DNA from: Bdellovibrionales bacterium | GTDB lineage: Bacteria > Bdellovibrionota > Bdellovibrionia > Bdellovibrionales > UBA1609 | Length of the DNA stretch: 64,000 nucleotides | NCBI GenBank assembly: GCA_041690295.1 | Contig: JAWLHR010000011.1 | Location: 36,796 to 100,795, forward strand | Direction: 5' to 3' | Shown: positions 20,496-29,942 of the stretch, piece after piece | How the letters are laid out: every line of letters begins with the position of its first letter | Position numbering within the stretch: the first letter of the stretch is position 1 | Translations under genes and position numbers: made by a program | The notes under the pieces: model-generated | The model's input: only the letters and a program-made list of their open reading frames with translations | What the model was told of the DNA's origin: nothing | Databases searched by the model: none

Positions 20496-21578
20496 CTATC
20501 TGAGAAAATCCAATAAACTGGGTTGAATGAGCTTTCCCGACGTTTGCAACGTGGCTTGCAAGGTGCTCTCGGTTTTATTGATATCGCTCACCGTTTCGAA
20601 AATATCAGCGTCTTCCAACTGAGAAATCGAAACCTGATTTTCCACCTTGGCCTTCTCCAAGGTGTGTGTCAGATTATCGAGCCGCATCCCGCGCGCGCCG
20701 ATTTGGGCGCGAGTCAACACCACTTGTGATAAGGCATCGTCCAAGAGATCGAGCGAATCCTGAATGCCCGCTTTGTCATTAGTGCGCAACGAAATCTCGA
20801 GGCCCTTGAGAATCCGGAACAGATTCACACCCTGAAGTTCCTTTTCCGCCTCGGGTTCGCTTGAAACTTCGGGCGTTCTCGCCGACATGCTGGCCGGTCC
20901 ACGCAGGGCGGGCGCTTGAGTTTCATTGGACGGCGCGGGCTGAGACTTGGCGTTCGCCATTTGTTCCTGGAACTCTTCGATGGTTCGCGCCTGATTTTCC
21001 GTCTTCTGGACCAGCCCTTCGCGGTTCATGCCGATGCCGAGAAACACGCGCGATCCTGGCACGTTCATCGGAATGAAGGTCTCTTTTTCAATATGGATAT
21101 TCATCTCGCCCGCATCACCGGAGTAACGGCCATGCTCGTCAAACGGAGGGTTGGTGGTTTTGTAACCGGCGAAAATGAAGCGATCACCCAGTTTGCGGTT
21201 ACCGATGCTCACCGCCGCGTTATGCAGCTGTTCCACTTCGGTGGCCACCACGCGACGGCTTTCTTCGTTGGCGCTGGCATCGTTGGCCTGATTGATCGCC
21301 AGTTCTTTGGCCCGCATGAGAATTTCACTCAAATCCGACAGCGACTGGTCGGTGATCTCAAGAAACGACTTGGCGTAGTTCAAGCTCTTGCTGAATTGGC
21401 GGTTACTCTGCAAATCAATCCGGTTGGACAAAACCCTTGAAGCCGCCAGGGGATCATCGGAAGGCTTGGTCACCCGCTTTTGGGTCGCCGCCTGATTTTG
21501 CAATTCGGCCATTTGCGCGCGATTTTTCCCCACGTTGCTTTTGACTTGTTCAAATTGCATTTTATCGGCGACACGCAT
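20496..21578 (-). CDS. flgL: Hook-associated protein 3
   Basis: KPSDDP, RFIFAG, SLLDFLR; ATG at 21578 chosen for RBS spacing. Confidence 0.95.
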   Translation of the reverse strand: MRVADKMQFEQVKSNVGKNRAQMAELQNQAATQKRVTKPSDDPLAASRVLSNRIDLQSNRQFSKSLNYAKSFLEITDQSLSDLSEILMRAKELAINQANDASANEESRRVVATEVEQLHNAAVSIGNRKLGDRFIFAGYKTTNPPFDEHGRYSGDAGEMNIHIEKETFIPMNVPGSRVFLGIGMNREGLVQKTENQARTIEEFQEQMANAKSQPAPSNETQAPALRGPASMSARTPEVSSEPEAEKELQGVNLFRILKGLEISLRTNDKAGIQDSLDLLDDALSQVVLTRAQIGARGMRLDNLTHTLEKAKVENQVSISQLEDADIFETVSDINKTESTLQATLQTSGKLIQPSLLDFLR

Positions 21579-21591
21579 TTTCAATCACCTA

Positions 21592-23019
21592 TTAATAACG
21601 CCTTAAGTTCAAAACCGTATCCATCATCTCGTCCGCGGTGCGCACCAGTCGCGCGGAAGCGTCGAACGCTTTTTGGAACTCGATCATTTTCGTGGCTTCT
21701 TCGTCGAGACTCACGCCGCTGATACTCTCACGGATGTTTTTCAGCTGGCTCACGATATCTTTTTGCGATTCAGCTGAAGTCATTGATCGCTGGGCCTCAA
21801 TACCGATGGTGCCCACGATGGAGTTATAAAAATCATCAAAGGTGGCGCTTTTATCGTCCATCACCGCTTTATACTGAAGACCCGAAAGGACGTTCGCGAT
21901 CCGGTTGTCGCCCGGCGCGCCGGGTTCACCGGCGGCGGCGATGAGGCTGACGTCTTCACTGATTCTCTCGTTCAGATTAATGACTTTCGAGGCTCCGGCT
22001 TTATCGCCGAGGTGAGTGAAGAACAATTCACCCGCGCGCCCTTTGCGGTCGTAACCCTGAACATGCGCCCTGTTCACTTCTTCGGAGAGCGTGTACGCCA
22101 GTTCATCCATCTTACCGATCAATCCATTGCAAACTTCATCGCGAACCTGCAAAAGTCCGCCGATTTCGCCGCCGGTCAGCTGGCTGGTGACATTCACGGG
22201 CGTCGAGTTTTCAGTGGCGCGATAAAAAATGTCAAAACTCCCCTCGGCTTTACCGTCTCGGCCCGGTGTGGATCCCACGGTGAGTTCGGTGTGCGAATAA
22301 CCCGACACCAGAACCGCCGTGTTTCCGGCGGTGATCGTGAGGGAGCCGTCTTTGCTCTCGGCGTAGCGGATATTGATCTTCTGGCCGAGCTGTTTGATCA
22401 GTTCGTCCCGGCGGTCGCGCTCATCATTGGCCGGCACGCCGGTCACTTCCACCATCTGCACTTTTTCATTGAGACTGGCGATTTCTTTGGTGAGCTGGTT
22501 GATCTCCTCGATCTTCACCGCGATCCGAAAGTCGGCGTCTTTTTGAATCTCTTCAATCTGATGCGTGACCCGATGAAAGTCCTTGGCCAGATTTTCCGCC
22601 GTCTCTTTCACCTGAGTCCGCGTGGCGAGACTTTCCGGATTGTTGGACAATTCACGAAACGCATTAAAGAAATTGCCGAGCGAATGATTAAGACCTTTAT
22701 TCACCTGCTCGTTATAAACTTCCTCGACCCGTCTCAACATGTCGGAGCGGCCGGTGAGGTAGCCGAGCTGCGCGCCCTCGCGTTCAAGTTGTTTTTCCAG
22801 GTATTCATTGTTCGTGCGCGTGACAAGACCCGCGCGCGCGCCCATGCCGATGCGGAGCTTGCCATGGCCGATCGGCTCGTTGGTGACCATCTCAACGCGT
22901 TGACGTGAATATCCCTCGGTGGATTTATTGGCGATATTATGTGCGGTCGTCTGTAAAGCCGTCTGTGAATTCATCATAGAACGGCGACCGACGTCCATCA
23001 TGGACCAGATTCGTGACAT
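21592..23019 (-). CDS. flgK: Hook-associated protein 1
   Basis: HNIAN.STEGYSRQR, SGVSLDEE. Confidence 0.96.
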   Translation of the reverse strand: MSRIWSMMDVGRRSMMNSQTALQTTAHNIANKSTEGYSRQRVEMVTNEPIGHGKLRIGMGARAGLVTRTNNEYLEKQLEREGAQLGYLTGRSDMLRRVEEVYNEQVNKGLNHSLGNFFNAFRELSNNPESLATRTQVKETAENLAKDFHRVTHQIEEIQKDADFRIAVKIEEINQLTKEIASLNEKVQMVEVTGVPANDERDRRDELIKQLGQKINIRYAESKDGSLTITAGNTAVLVSGYSHTELTVGSTPGRDGKAEGSFDIFYRATENSTPVNVTSQLTGGEIGGLLQVRDEVCNGLIGKMDELAYTLSEEVNRAHVQGYDRKGRAGELFFTHLGDKAGASKVINLNERISEDVSLIAAAGEPGAPGDNRIANVLSGLQYKAVMDDKSATFDDFYNSIVGTIGIEAQRSMTSAESQKDIVSQLKNIRESISGVSLDEEATKMIEFQKAFDASARLVRTADEMMDTVLNLRRY

Positions 23020-23058
23020 ACTGTCCTCTCCTCTCGGCCATCCTGGCCGGAGGCGTGT

Positions 23059-23556
23059 TTATGCTTCCCGGCTCACCAGCTGGCCGGCGGGAGCGACTCC
23101 TTCAACCTCTCCTTTTTTCTGATAGGTTGGTTTTTCCTGTAACGAGTTCTTAATCGCATTCATCGCGCCCGTCACATTGGATAAAGCGGATTGCACCAAC
23201 GCTTCATTGTTGCGGTTGTACTCCTGCACCCGCCGCAACAAGAGTTCCAATACCGAATGCAAATTGCGCAGTTTTTCGGCCGTGTCTTCCGGCACGTGGC
23301 GCGCGATCTCTATGAGACGCGGTTCGGTGCCCGCGAGTCCCAGAGATTGATGAACTTGCAGCGCCGCTTTGATGCGCTCCTCTTCGAGCGTGCGGATCTT
23401 GATCAGCATGGCCTCTTTGGCGCGATTGTTTTCATTGAGGTCGTCGAGATTCGCGGAAATAAGGATTTCTTTTTCCTTACGAACGATATCCAGCAGATGG
23501 CGGTAAATTTTCACCTGCTCATCGAGAATCTGAACTAATGATTCAACTTCCCCCAC
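23059..23556 (-). CDS. flgN: Flagellar export chaperone FlgN
   Basis: Helical protein between flgM and flgK; N.rNeaL motif. Confidence 0.85.
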   Translation of the reverse strand: MGEVESLVQILDEQVKIYRHLLDIVRKEKEILISANLDDLNENNRAKEAMLIKIRTLEEERIKAALQVHQSLGLAGTEPRLIEIARHVPEDTAEKLRNLHSVLELLLRRVQEYNRNNEALVQSALSNVTGAMNAIKNSLQEKPTYQKKGEVEGVAPAGQLVSREA

Positions 23557-23578
23557 CTAACGGCCCCCTCAAACCTTC

Positions 23579-23902
23579 CTAGTCCGGTAAGCTTAAATGC
23601 TCATCGACCAAGCGATCCGCGATCGCTTCGGCGTCGACTTTGTATTTTCCTTCATCAATCAACTTCTGCAATCGGGCGACTTTCGCTTCATCCACTTCCA
23701 TCGGCTGGCTGGCGATCTCTTTCGCTTTTTGCATCAGCTGCGCCCGCTCCGAAAGATGAACGTTGGCCTTGGCGGCCCGTCCGGCTTCCGTTCCGCTGAG
23801 TTTCTCGCTCGCGGCGGAGTTTTTTCCGCTTTCCGCTTTGCCGGTTTTGACAGTGTCGAGTTTTCCCGTCATCGGTCCGATTTTATTATTCGTCACTTTC
23901 AT
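23579..23902 (-). CDS. flgM: Anti-sigma28 factor
   Basis: VHLSERA...KVARLQKLIDEGKYKVDAEAIA. Confidence 0.93.
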   Translation of the reverse strand: MKVTNNKIGPMTGKLDTVKTGKAESGKNSAASEKLSGTEAGRAAKANVHLSERAQLMQKAKEIASQPMEVDEAKVARLQKLIDEGKYKVDAEAIADRLVDEHLSLPD

Positions 23903-23961
23903 TCAAGACCACCTTATTAATACTAGCGTATCATATTGAGACGAGCGCCGCACGCTCTACC

Positions 23962-24651
23962 CTATCCCCAATCCAATTTCCAGGCCAGAACGGGACGTCC
24001 GGGATCCAATACACCCAACTTTCGTCCAGTCTCAATCACATCTCCCGCGCGCACATTGAGTTCATGGCCGGGAAATGTCAGTTCCGAGCGCAAATCTTGA
24101 CCATGGTCCAAACGCACCATGTTCCATCCTTCTCCCAAGACGCGGGCTTCGCGGACTTCACCGTCGAGCGGCGCCAGCGCGTTCATCGGGGCGCCTGAAG
24201 CGTCGGGCACCTCAAAACGATAATGCAGTTTCGCTTCCGGCGTGGAGGGAAGAGTTTTCATTTGTATCGAGTCCACGGATTTGGGCTTATGAGCGCCATT
24301 GTCCGGTCCTATGGGGATCGCGCCTTTGGGCGGCGGCGTTCGTCCGCCGTTTCCGGTGGCGAGGTAGCGCTCGCGAATTTGATTATAAATCAAATCGGCA
24401 AGTCCCACGCCGCCTTGATTCGCCCACTCCTCCACGTATTTTTGATCCAGTTGTTCGGTGAAAATTTTCTCGGCGAAATTGGGTTTGAGAAATCCATTTT
24501 CGCGATCAACCGTCTTGCGCATGGATTTCACCATTTCCTGCAGGAAATGGGATTCATACATTTTGGCCGCTTCACGTAATCGCCGGTCGTCTTCGGCGGC
24601 CTTAACCTCGGGAGATTGCGGCCTGATGGAGAAGGAACTTTGGATTTTCAT
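23962..24651 (-). CDS. flgJ: FlgJ-like rod-binding protein with degenerate M23-like C-terminal domain
   Basis: LREAAKMYESHFLQEMVKSMRKTV...GLADLIYNQ; located after flgI. Confidence 0.8.
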   Translation of the reverse strand: MKIQSSFSIRPQSPEVKAAEDDRRLREAAKMYESHFLQEMVKSMRKTVDRENGFLKPNFAEKIFTEQLDQKYVEEWANQGGVGLADLIYNQIRERYLATGNGGRTPPPKGAIPIGPDNGAHKPKSVDSIQMKTLPSTPEAKLHYRFEVPDASGAPMNALAPLDGEVREARVLGEGWNMVRLDHGQDLRSELTFPGHELNVRAGDVIETGRKLGVLDPGRPVLAWKLDWG

Positions 24652-24736
24652 CGAACACTTCCATTTGTTCGAAAGCCAAACAAAAAAAAGGGGAAAGTGA
24701 GTCAGACCATTTTTTTCGCGCATCCTGCGCTATTTC

Positions 24737-24752
24737 AGCAACTCAAGTCCCG
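24737..24752 (-). promoter_or_regulatory. Candidate sigma54 promoter for flgJ-flgM
   Basis: Minus strand CGGGACTTGAGTTGCT, GG-N10-GC. Confidence 0.5.
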
Positions 24753-24894
24753 TGAGCCATCCTTGGCCCGCGACTTAAATTCGGTTTTTCGAGTTTCCTG
24801 CGAGAGAAAAACTTAAACCATTTATTGAACCGTCCTGGTCCTTTACGACTCTAACTCACCAACCCCCCCGGACGAGACATCCTGTCCACGTCCA

Positions 24895-25890
24895 TTAAAG
24901 TATTTCCAAATCCCCGTGCAATGCTCCAGCCGCTTTGATGCTCTGGAGAATTGTTATCAAATCCCTCGGCGACACTCCCAATTTGTTCATGGCTTTGACG
25001 ATGTCGCCGACATTCGCCGACTCCTCGATCACCATGACTTTGTCGCCGTCTTTCTTCACCCCTTCGCCGGCCACTTTCACGGTGAGATCACCGTGACTGA
25101 TCGCCACCCGCGAAACTTTCACTCCGTGGCCGATCACGACCGTTCCCGTTTTCTCATTCACCACGACACGGGCCGCTTGATCGGGATTGATTTCAAGCGA
25201 CTCGATCAGCGCCAAAAGCTCCACGCCTCGGCCTTCATAGGGCGGCGGTGAAACCACGTCGACCGTACCCGCATCGAGCGCGGTCGCGAATTTTCCGGCC
25301 AGTTCCCTATTTATAATCTTGACAACGCGAGCGGCGGTTGTGAAGTCCGGGTTATGTAATGTGAGCCTAAACATCTTCCGGCTCGCGAACTCTTGGCCAA
25401 TGTCGCGTTCGATGATCGCTCCGTTCGGCAATCGCGCCGAGGTTTCGTGCACACCGGCGCCCGAATGCCCGACGATCAGCGAACCTTGAGCGACGGCGTA
25501 GACTTGCTGGTCGGCCGCCCGAAGCGGCGTCTGCACTAAAGTTCCGCCCTTTAGGCTTGTGGCATCGCCCAAGGTGCTCACGGTGACATCCAGTTTGTTA
25601 CCCGCGCGCGCGAACGGCGGCAGGTCGGCCGTGATGATCACCGCGGCCACGCTCTTACTGCTCACTTCCTTGCCTTGCACCTTCACGCCCAAGCGGTCCA
25701 ACATGCGTTCGATGCTTTTGTTGGTGAATTCGGATTTGCTGTCACCCGTGCCATTCAAACCCACGACCACGCCGTAACCCACGAGTTGGTTGCTGCGCAC
25801 GCCACGAATATTGGCGATGTCTTTAAGCCGTGCCGCTTGCACGGCGGGCGCGAACAGGAAAACTAAAAGCGCCAGGAGCAATTGCTTCAC
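24895..25890 (-). CDS. flgI: Flagellar P-ring protein
   Basis: RLKDIA...GVRSNQLVGYGVVVGLNGTGD, KAAGAL. Confidence 0.97.
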   Translation of the reverse strand: MKQLLLALLVFLFAPAVQAARLKDIANIRGVRSNQLVGYGVVVGLNGTGDSKSEFTNKSIERMLDRLGVKVQGKEVSSKSVAAVIITADLPPFARAGNKLDVTVSTLGDATSLKGGTLVQTPLRAADQQVYAVAQGSLIVGHSGAGVHETSARLPNGAIIERDIGQEFASRKMFRLTLHNPDFTTAARVVKIINRELAGKFATALDAGTVDVVSPPPYEGRGVELLALIESLEINPDQAARVVVNEKTGTVVIGHGVKVSRVAISHGDLTVKVAGEGVKKDGDKVMVIEESANVGDIVKAMNKLGVSPRDLITILQSIKAAGALHGDLEIL

Positions 25891-26672
25891 AGTCCCTCCT
25901 CCTTGCGGCGGGCGCTCACGATATCAAACTTGGGATCCAACAATTTCGAAGCGGATATCCCTTCTTCATTGAAATCCTCGGCGCGAACGATTCCGGTGAC
26001 GATCACCTTGTACTCGCGCGATCCGATCATGAACGGCTGCGATCCTTTCACCCTGTAATTGCCATCCGTGGTGCGCTCGATAATGCGCGTGGGTACGGTC
26101 TTCACGTTGAAATCCGCGAGCAGGTCTTCCTTGGATTTGTTCGGAGTTTCAACTTTGGCGGTTTCGGCCTTTTCTTTTTCTTTTTTGGTCTTATCGTCCT
26201 TGGAATCGTCGGTCTCATTTTTCGCGTCGGCCGCCGCGGCCGCGGGACCGCGCAAGCGCGCCCGTTGCCGCTCCTCGATCCGCGCCAAGAGTTTCTTGAT
26301 CACACCCACTTTGGTGGTGAGCTGCTCGCGCGGATCCCCGTCAAGAGTCACGGCGATGGGATCGCCGACCAGACGAATCACGTTTTGCGCGAACAGGTAA
26401 GCGCCTTGGCCTTCCATCACCCACAAGGATCCGGCCTTGGCGTCGAGCGCGGATTCATCACGCAGACTTTCCTTGGTGGTCCGGCGGTACTGCCGCCGCA
26501 CCCGGGGCGGCACATCCGGCGACTCGGAAAATTTCGTCAAGGTGGTTTTCGTGGTCGCTTCCGAAGTGGAGTTGCCGTTCAAAAAGGCTTTCAGCTTGCG
26601 ATTGAAGCTCGCACATCCCGTCAGCGCCGAAACCATGAAGACCAAAACGGTCGAAGTGATCAAAAGTCTCAT
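25887..26672 (-). CDS. flgH: Flagellar L-ring lipoprotein
   Basis: Lipobox LTGC, GSLW, GIVRAED; lies between flgA and flgI. Confidence 0.88.
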   Translation of the reverse strand: MRLLITSTVLVFMVSALTGCASFNRKLKAFLNGNSTSEATTKTTLTKFSESPDVPPRVRRQYRRTTKESLRDESALDAKAGSLWVMEGQGAYLFAQNVIRLVGDPIAVTLDGDPREQLTTKVGVIKKLLARIEERQRARLRGPAAAAADAKNETDDSKDDKTKKEKEKAETAKVETPNKSKEDLLADFNVKTVPTRIIERTTDGNYRVKGSQPFMIGSREYKVIVTGIVRAEDFNEEGISASKLLDPKFDIVSARRKEEGL

Positions 26673-27607
26673 TTGAGCACCACTTCTCCCGGCCTCACCA
26701 CCTGGCCGACGAGGATGTTGTTGGTTTTAGGATGTTTTAGATTAATCACGTCACCGATCATCGCGTCCTGTTGGGCCACGGCCGTCACCGAGACTTCCCA
26801 CGCGCCTTCACCGGATTTCACTTGCACCAAATCGCCCCGGCGAACGGCTTTTTCCTTTTCCATGTTCGCCGCCCAAATCACATCACCGGCGCGAAGACCC
26901 TGCCTGAGTTTTCGGCCGATCAGTTCATCTTCCGCCGGCACGCCGTCGAGGGCGAAACTTGTATCGCGATAAGTCCACTCAAAATCATTCGCTTGCACCC
27001 GATCACCCGGCGCCATCACCCGTTTCGCCACCGGCACTTTCTTGCGCACGATCAGGCGGCCGGTGATCCAAGCTTGAACCGGAGCCTGATCCATGCGGAT
27101 GATGTCCACGGGAATGGAAAAGCTTCCGCGCGGAAGTTCCGATTTCACTTTCAATGTCCAATCGCGCACGCCTTGAATGGCCGGAAGACTCAAGCCCTCG
27201 ATTTCCAGTTTGCAGTTCCGGCAAAGGGGCTTCCAAGCCTCTAGCAATTCACTGGTCACTGATTCCGTTTTGAGCTCGCGCTTCAATGTATCGATCACCA
27301 CTTGTTTGGGAAGGATCAACCGAAGAGCGGATCCGTTGCGGTCCCGCTCTTCCTGAACGATCGGCCGCAAGACTTCCATGAGCGAGGCCTGCGCGAGTTC
27401 TTGCCGGTCACCGTAAGCCGGCGCCTTGGTTAAAGTGATTTGTTTCAGCTTCTCCGCAACCGCTTCGGGCACATCCTGTTGGTCGATGAGTTGGGCGAGT
27501 TTCACCTCGGTGTTGGGCGCGACGACCACATGGGGCCGCACGCGAAGCACCGCTTGCGCGCCACTTAACTCACAGAACAGAAGAAACGGCAGCCAAAGTC
27601 CCTTCAC
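26669..27607 (-). CDS. flgA: P-ring assembly chaperone
   Basis: C-terminal SAF domain; VRRGDLV...AQQDAMIGDVI. Confidence 0.9.
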   Translation of the reverse strand: MKGLWLPFLLFCELSGAQAVLRVRPHVVVAPNTEVKLAQLIDQQDVPEAVAEKLKQITLTKAPAYGDRQELAQASLMEVLRPIVQEERDRNGSALRLILPKQVVIDTLKRELKTESVTSELLEAWKPLCRNCKLEIEGLSLPAIQGVRDWTLKVKSELPRGSFSIPVDIIRMDQAPVQAWITGRLIVRKKVPVAKRVMAPGDRVQANDFEWTYRDTSFALDGVPAEDELIGRKLRQGLRAGDVIWAANMEKEKAVRRGDLVQVKSGEGAWEVSVTAVAQQDAMIGDVINLKHPKTNNILVGQVVRPGEVVLK

Positions 27608-27610
27608 CGA

Positions 27611-28396
27611 TTACCTCAAATTATTAATCGCCTGTAGCATGGCATCCGAAGCCTGAATCACTTTGGAGTTGGTTTCATAAGCCCGCTGGGTGGTGATCAT
27701 TCCCACCATTTCATCAACAATGTTCACATTACTGGTTTCCAACTGGCCCTGAGCCAGCGTGCCCAATCCGTTTTGTCCAGGGATCGCTTGCTGAGGAAGT
27801 CCGCTGGCATTGGTGGGAACAAAAAGATTTCCACCCAGCCCTTTCAATCCCGCGGGATTGACGAAGTTCACCAATTGAATTTGCCCCACGTTTTGCGGTT
27901 GAAGATTGTTTTCAATCAGCACCATGACCTGACCGTTGGCGCCGATCTCGATGCCCGTGGCGTTCGGCGGAATCACGATTTCAGGTTGAAGGACATTTCC
28001 ATTACGATCCTGCAAGCGGCCGTCCGGACCTTTCTTGAACGATCCATCGCGGGTGTAAGCGATTTGCCCGTTGGGCATTTGTACTGGAAAAAATCCAGCA
28101 CCCTGAATTTCCAAATCATAAGCGCCGTTCGTGATCTTGGTGGATCCTTGGGTGAAGTCTTTCGACACCGCGGCGGTTTTCACGCCCAATCCGACTTGCA
28201 CGCCGGTGGGGTTGATGGAATTCAAACCCGTTGGCGCGCCCGGTTCGATTTGCGTCTGATACATCAGGTCCTCGAACTCCGCGCGCGCTTTTTTGAATCC
28301 CGTCGTGGAAACGTTGGCGATATTGTTGGCCGAGACGTCCATATTATTTTGCTGCGCCTTCATTCCCGTCGCGGCTGTATTCAGCGAACGAATCAT
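27611..28396 (-). CDS. flgG: Distal rod protein
   Basis: ANNIANVSTTGFKK, YTRDG, LETSNVN, QRAYE. Confidence 0.96.
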   Translation of the reverse strand: MIRSLNTAATGMKAQQNNMDVSANNIANVSTTGFKKARAEFEDLMYQTQIEPGAPTGLNSINPTGVQVGLGVKTAAVSKDFTQGSTKITNGAYDLEIQGAGFFPVQMPNGQIAYTRDGSFKKGPDGRLQDRNGNVLQPEIVIPPNATGIEIGANGQVMVLIENNLQPQNVGQIQLVNFVNPAGLKGLGGNLFVPTNASGLPQQAIPGQNGLGTLAQGQLETSNVNIVDEMVGMITTQRAYETNSKVIQASDAMLQAINNLR

Positions 28397-28404
28397 GCCT
28401 TACC

Positions 28405-29208
28405 TCAAACCTTTCCGACTTCGTTGATCAACTTATCATCCATTTGATCATGGGCCTTAATGGCCTGCTGAGTGGCCTCGAACACGCGATTGGCCGTGAT
28501 CATGTCGGTCATTTCCTCGACCACGTTCACATTGCTGCCCTCAAGAAAGCCCTGATGAACTTTCGCTTCCCGAGCCGGCATCGGCTCGGAAACGGCGTTG
28601 TCTTTTAACGTGTAAAGTGAACTTCCGACTTTTTGCAGGTCGTCCGGAACGGCGAAGTCGCTGACGGCTAATCGTCCAACCACATTTCCACCGTCGAAAA
28701 TGTCTCCCGATTTGGAAACGGTCACATTGCGCGAGTTCAGCCGCACGATTCTTTGCGCGGGATCGTTTTGTCCTTCCCGCAAAACCGGGAATCCGTCTCT
28801 GGTGACCAGGCGGCCGTTGCCATCAATTTGAAATCCGCCGTTGCGCGTGTAGCGCACTCCTTGCGGTGTCAGAACTTCGAAAAATCCATTACCTTCGATG
28901 GCGAAATCAAGCAGCCCGCCGGTCGAGCGCAAAGCCCCTTGCTCGAATTTCGTATAAGTTCCCGCCGGATTGACGTAGGCGTTATCCCCGCCTTGCATAT
29001 CGTAAAAGCTTTCGATCGAGGCTGGAACCCGCGGAACCTGAATCACGTGATCCAGTTTTTCGTAAGCGGTGAGATATTCGCTGAACACCTGACGGTCCTT
29101 TTTGAACGCCGTGGTGTTCACGTTGGCCAGGTTGTTCGCGATCGTGTCGAGGCGGGAACTCTGGGCCATAGCCCCGCTCACGGCTGAGAATATACCTTTC
29201 GAACTCAT
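28405..29208 (-). CDS. flgF: Proximal rod protein
   Basis: ANNLANVNT, YTRNG, LEGSNVN; precedes flgG. Confidence 0.9.
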   Translation of the reverse strand: MSSKGIFSAVSGAMAQSSRLDTIANNLANVNTTAFKKDRQVFSEYLTAYEKLDHVIQVPRVPASIESFYDMQGGDNAYVNPAGTYTKFEQGALRSTGGLLDFAIEGNGFFEVLTPQGVRYTRNGGFQIDGNGRLVTRDGFPVLREGQNDPAQRIVRLNSRNVTVSKSGDIFDGGNVVGRLAVSDFAVPDDLQKVGSSLYTLKDNAVSEPMPAREAKVHQGFLEGSNVNVVEEMTDMITANRVFEATQQAIKAHDQMDDKLINEVGKV

Positions 29209-29234
29209 GTCCTGGTCCTCCGGACACTTAGTTC

Positions 29235-29251
29235 AGCAAAGGTTATGCCTG
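29235..29251 (-). promoter_or_regulatory. sigma54 promoter of the flgF operon
   Basis: Minus strand CAGGCATAACCTTTGCT, GG-N10-GC with TTGC, 26 bp before flgF. Confidence 0.7.
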
Positions 29252-29388
29252 GAAAAATCCGGACTCGGCTTTGGTGAAGATTTCTTAAAGCGCGGGAAAT
29301 TAAACGCCGATGAGCGCGCGCACGACCCGACTTCCATCGCGCCGGTCGCGTCAGCGAATTGTCAGTGCCGAAATGAAAATGACACTGA

Positions 29389-29784
29389 CTAACGAATCAC
29401 CGGCCGGGCGAGGACTTTCAGCTGAATCTTTTCTTCCGGCGTACTTTCCTCGAGTGTCATGAAGGCGGGAACACCGGCTTTGGCGTAGATCTGCGGCGAA
29501 GTTCTGATGACACGGCCCTGGGCGTGCAATTCGAAATCGAGGTCCAGAACAAGATCATCGATTTTGTCACCCGGTTGGGCCAGAACTCCCATCTTCATCA
29601 CTTTGAAATTGCGTCCGCCCACTTCGATGTACGAGGGCTCGCCCGTCAACGTGATCACACGCGGCCGTGAAATGGATTTTCCATTGATGAGTAAATCGGC
29701 TTCCACCATGAGCTGTTGCGGTTTTGTATCCGCTCCAGCGGAATTCAAAAACAATCCGATGGCTAAGATAAAAAACATTCTCAT
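29389..29784 (-). CDS. Secreted hypothetical protein
   Basis: Signal peptide; SRPRVITLTGEPS beta motif. Confidence 0.7.
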   Translation of the reverse strand: MRMFFILAIGLFLNSAGADTKPQQLMVEADLLINGKSISRPRVITLTGEPSYIEVGGRNFKVMKMGVLAQPGDKIDDLVLDLDFELHAQGRVIRTSPQIYAKAGVPAFMTLEESTPEEKIQLKVLARPVIR

Positions 29785-29942
29785 GGTGTCCTCCCCGCCG
29801 CCTTGTCGCGGCCCGATTCCTTAATTCAAACGCCCGAATTTTTCCGAATCAAGACTTTCGGACGATAGAAGCCGGACTAAAGTCGATTTTCGCTGGCGTT
29901 AGGACTCGACCCTGGAGAACGGCGAACTGCATAATCAAAATC

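Noticed and set aside
24735..24743. CAGCAACT matching part of the CRISPR repeat
   Set aside because: An 8-nt chance match, explained by the sigma54 -12 box
25830..26972. Long antisense ORFs (also 22012-22908, 39982-40932, 10073-10894)
   Set aside because: Opposite well-supported genes, with no recognisable motifs; typical of GC-rich codon bias
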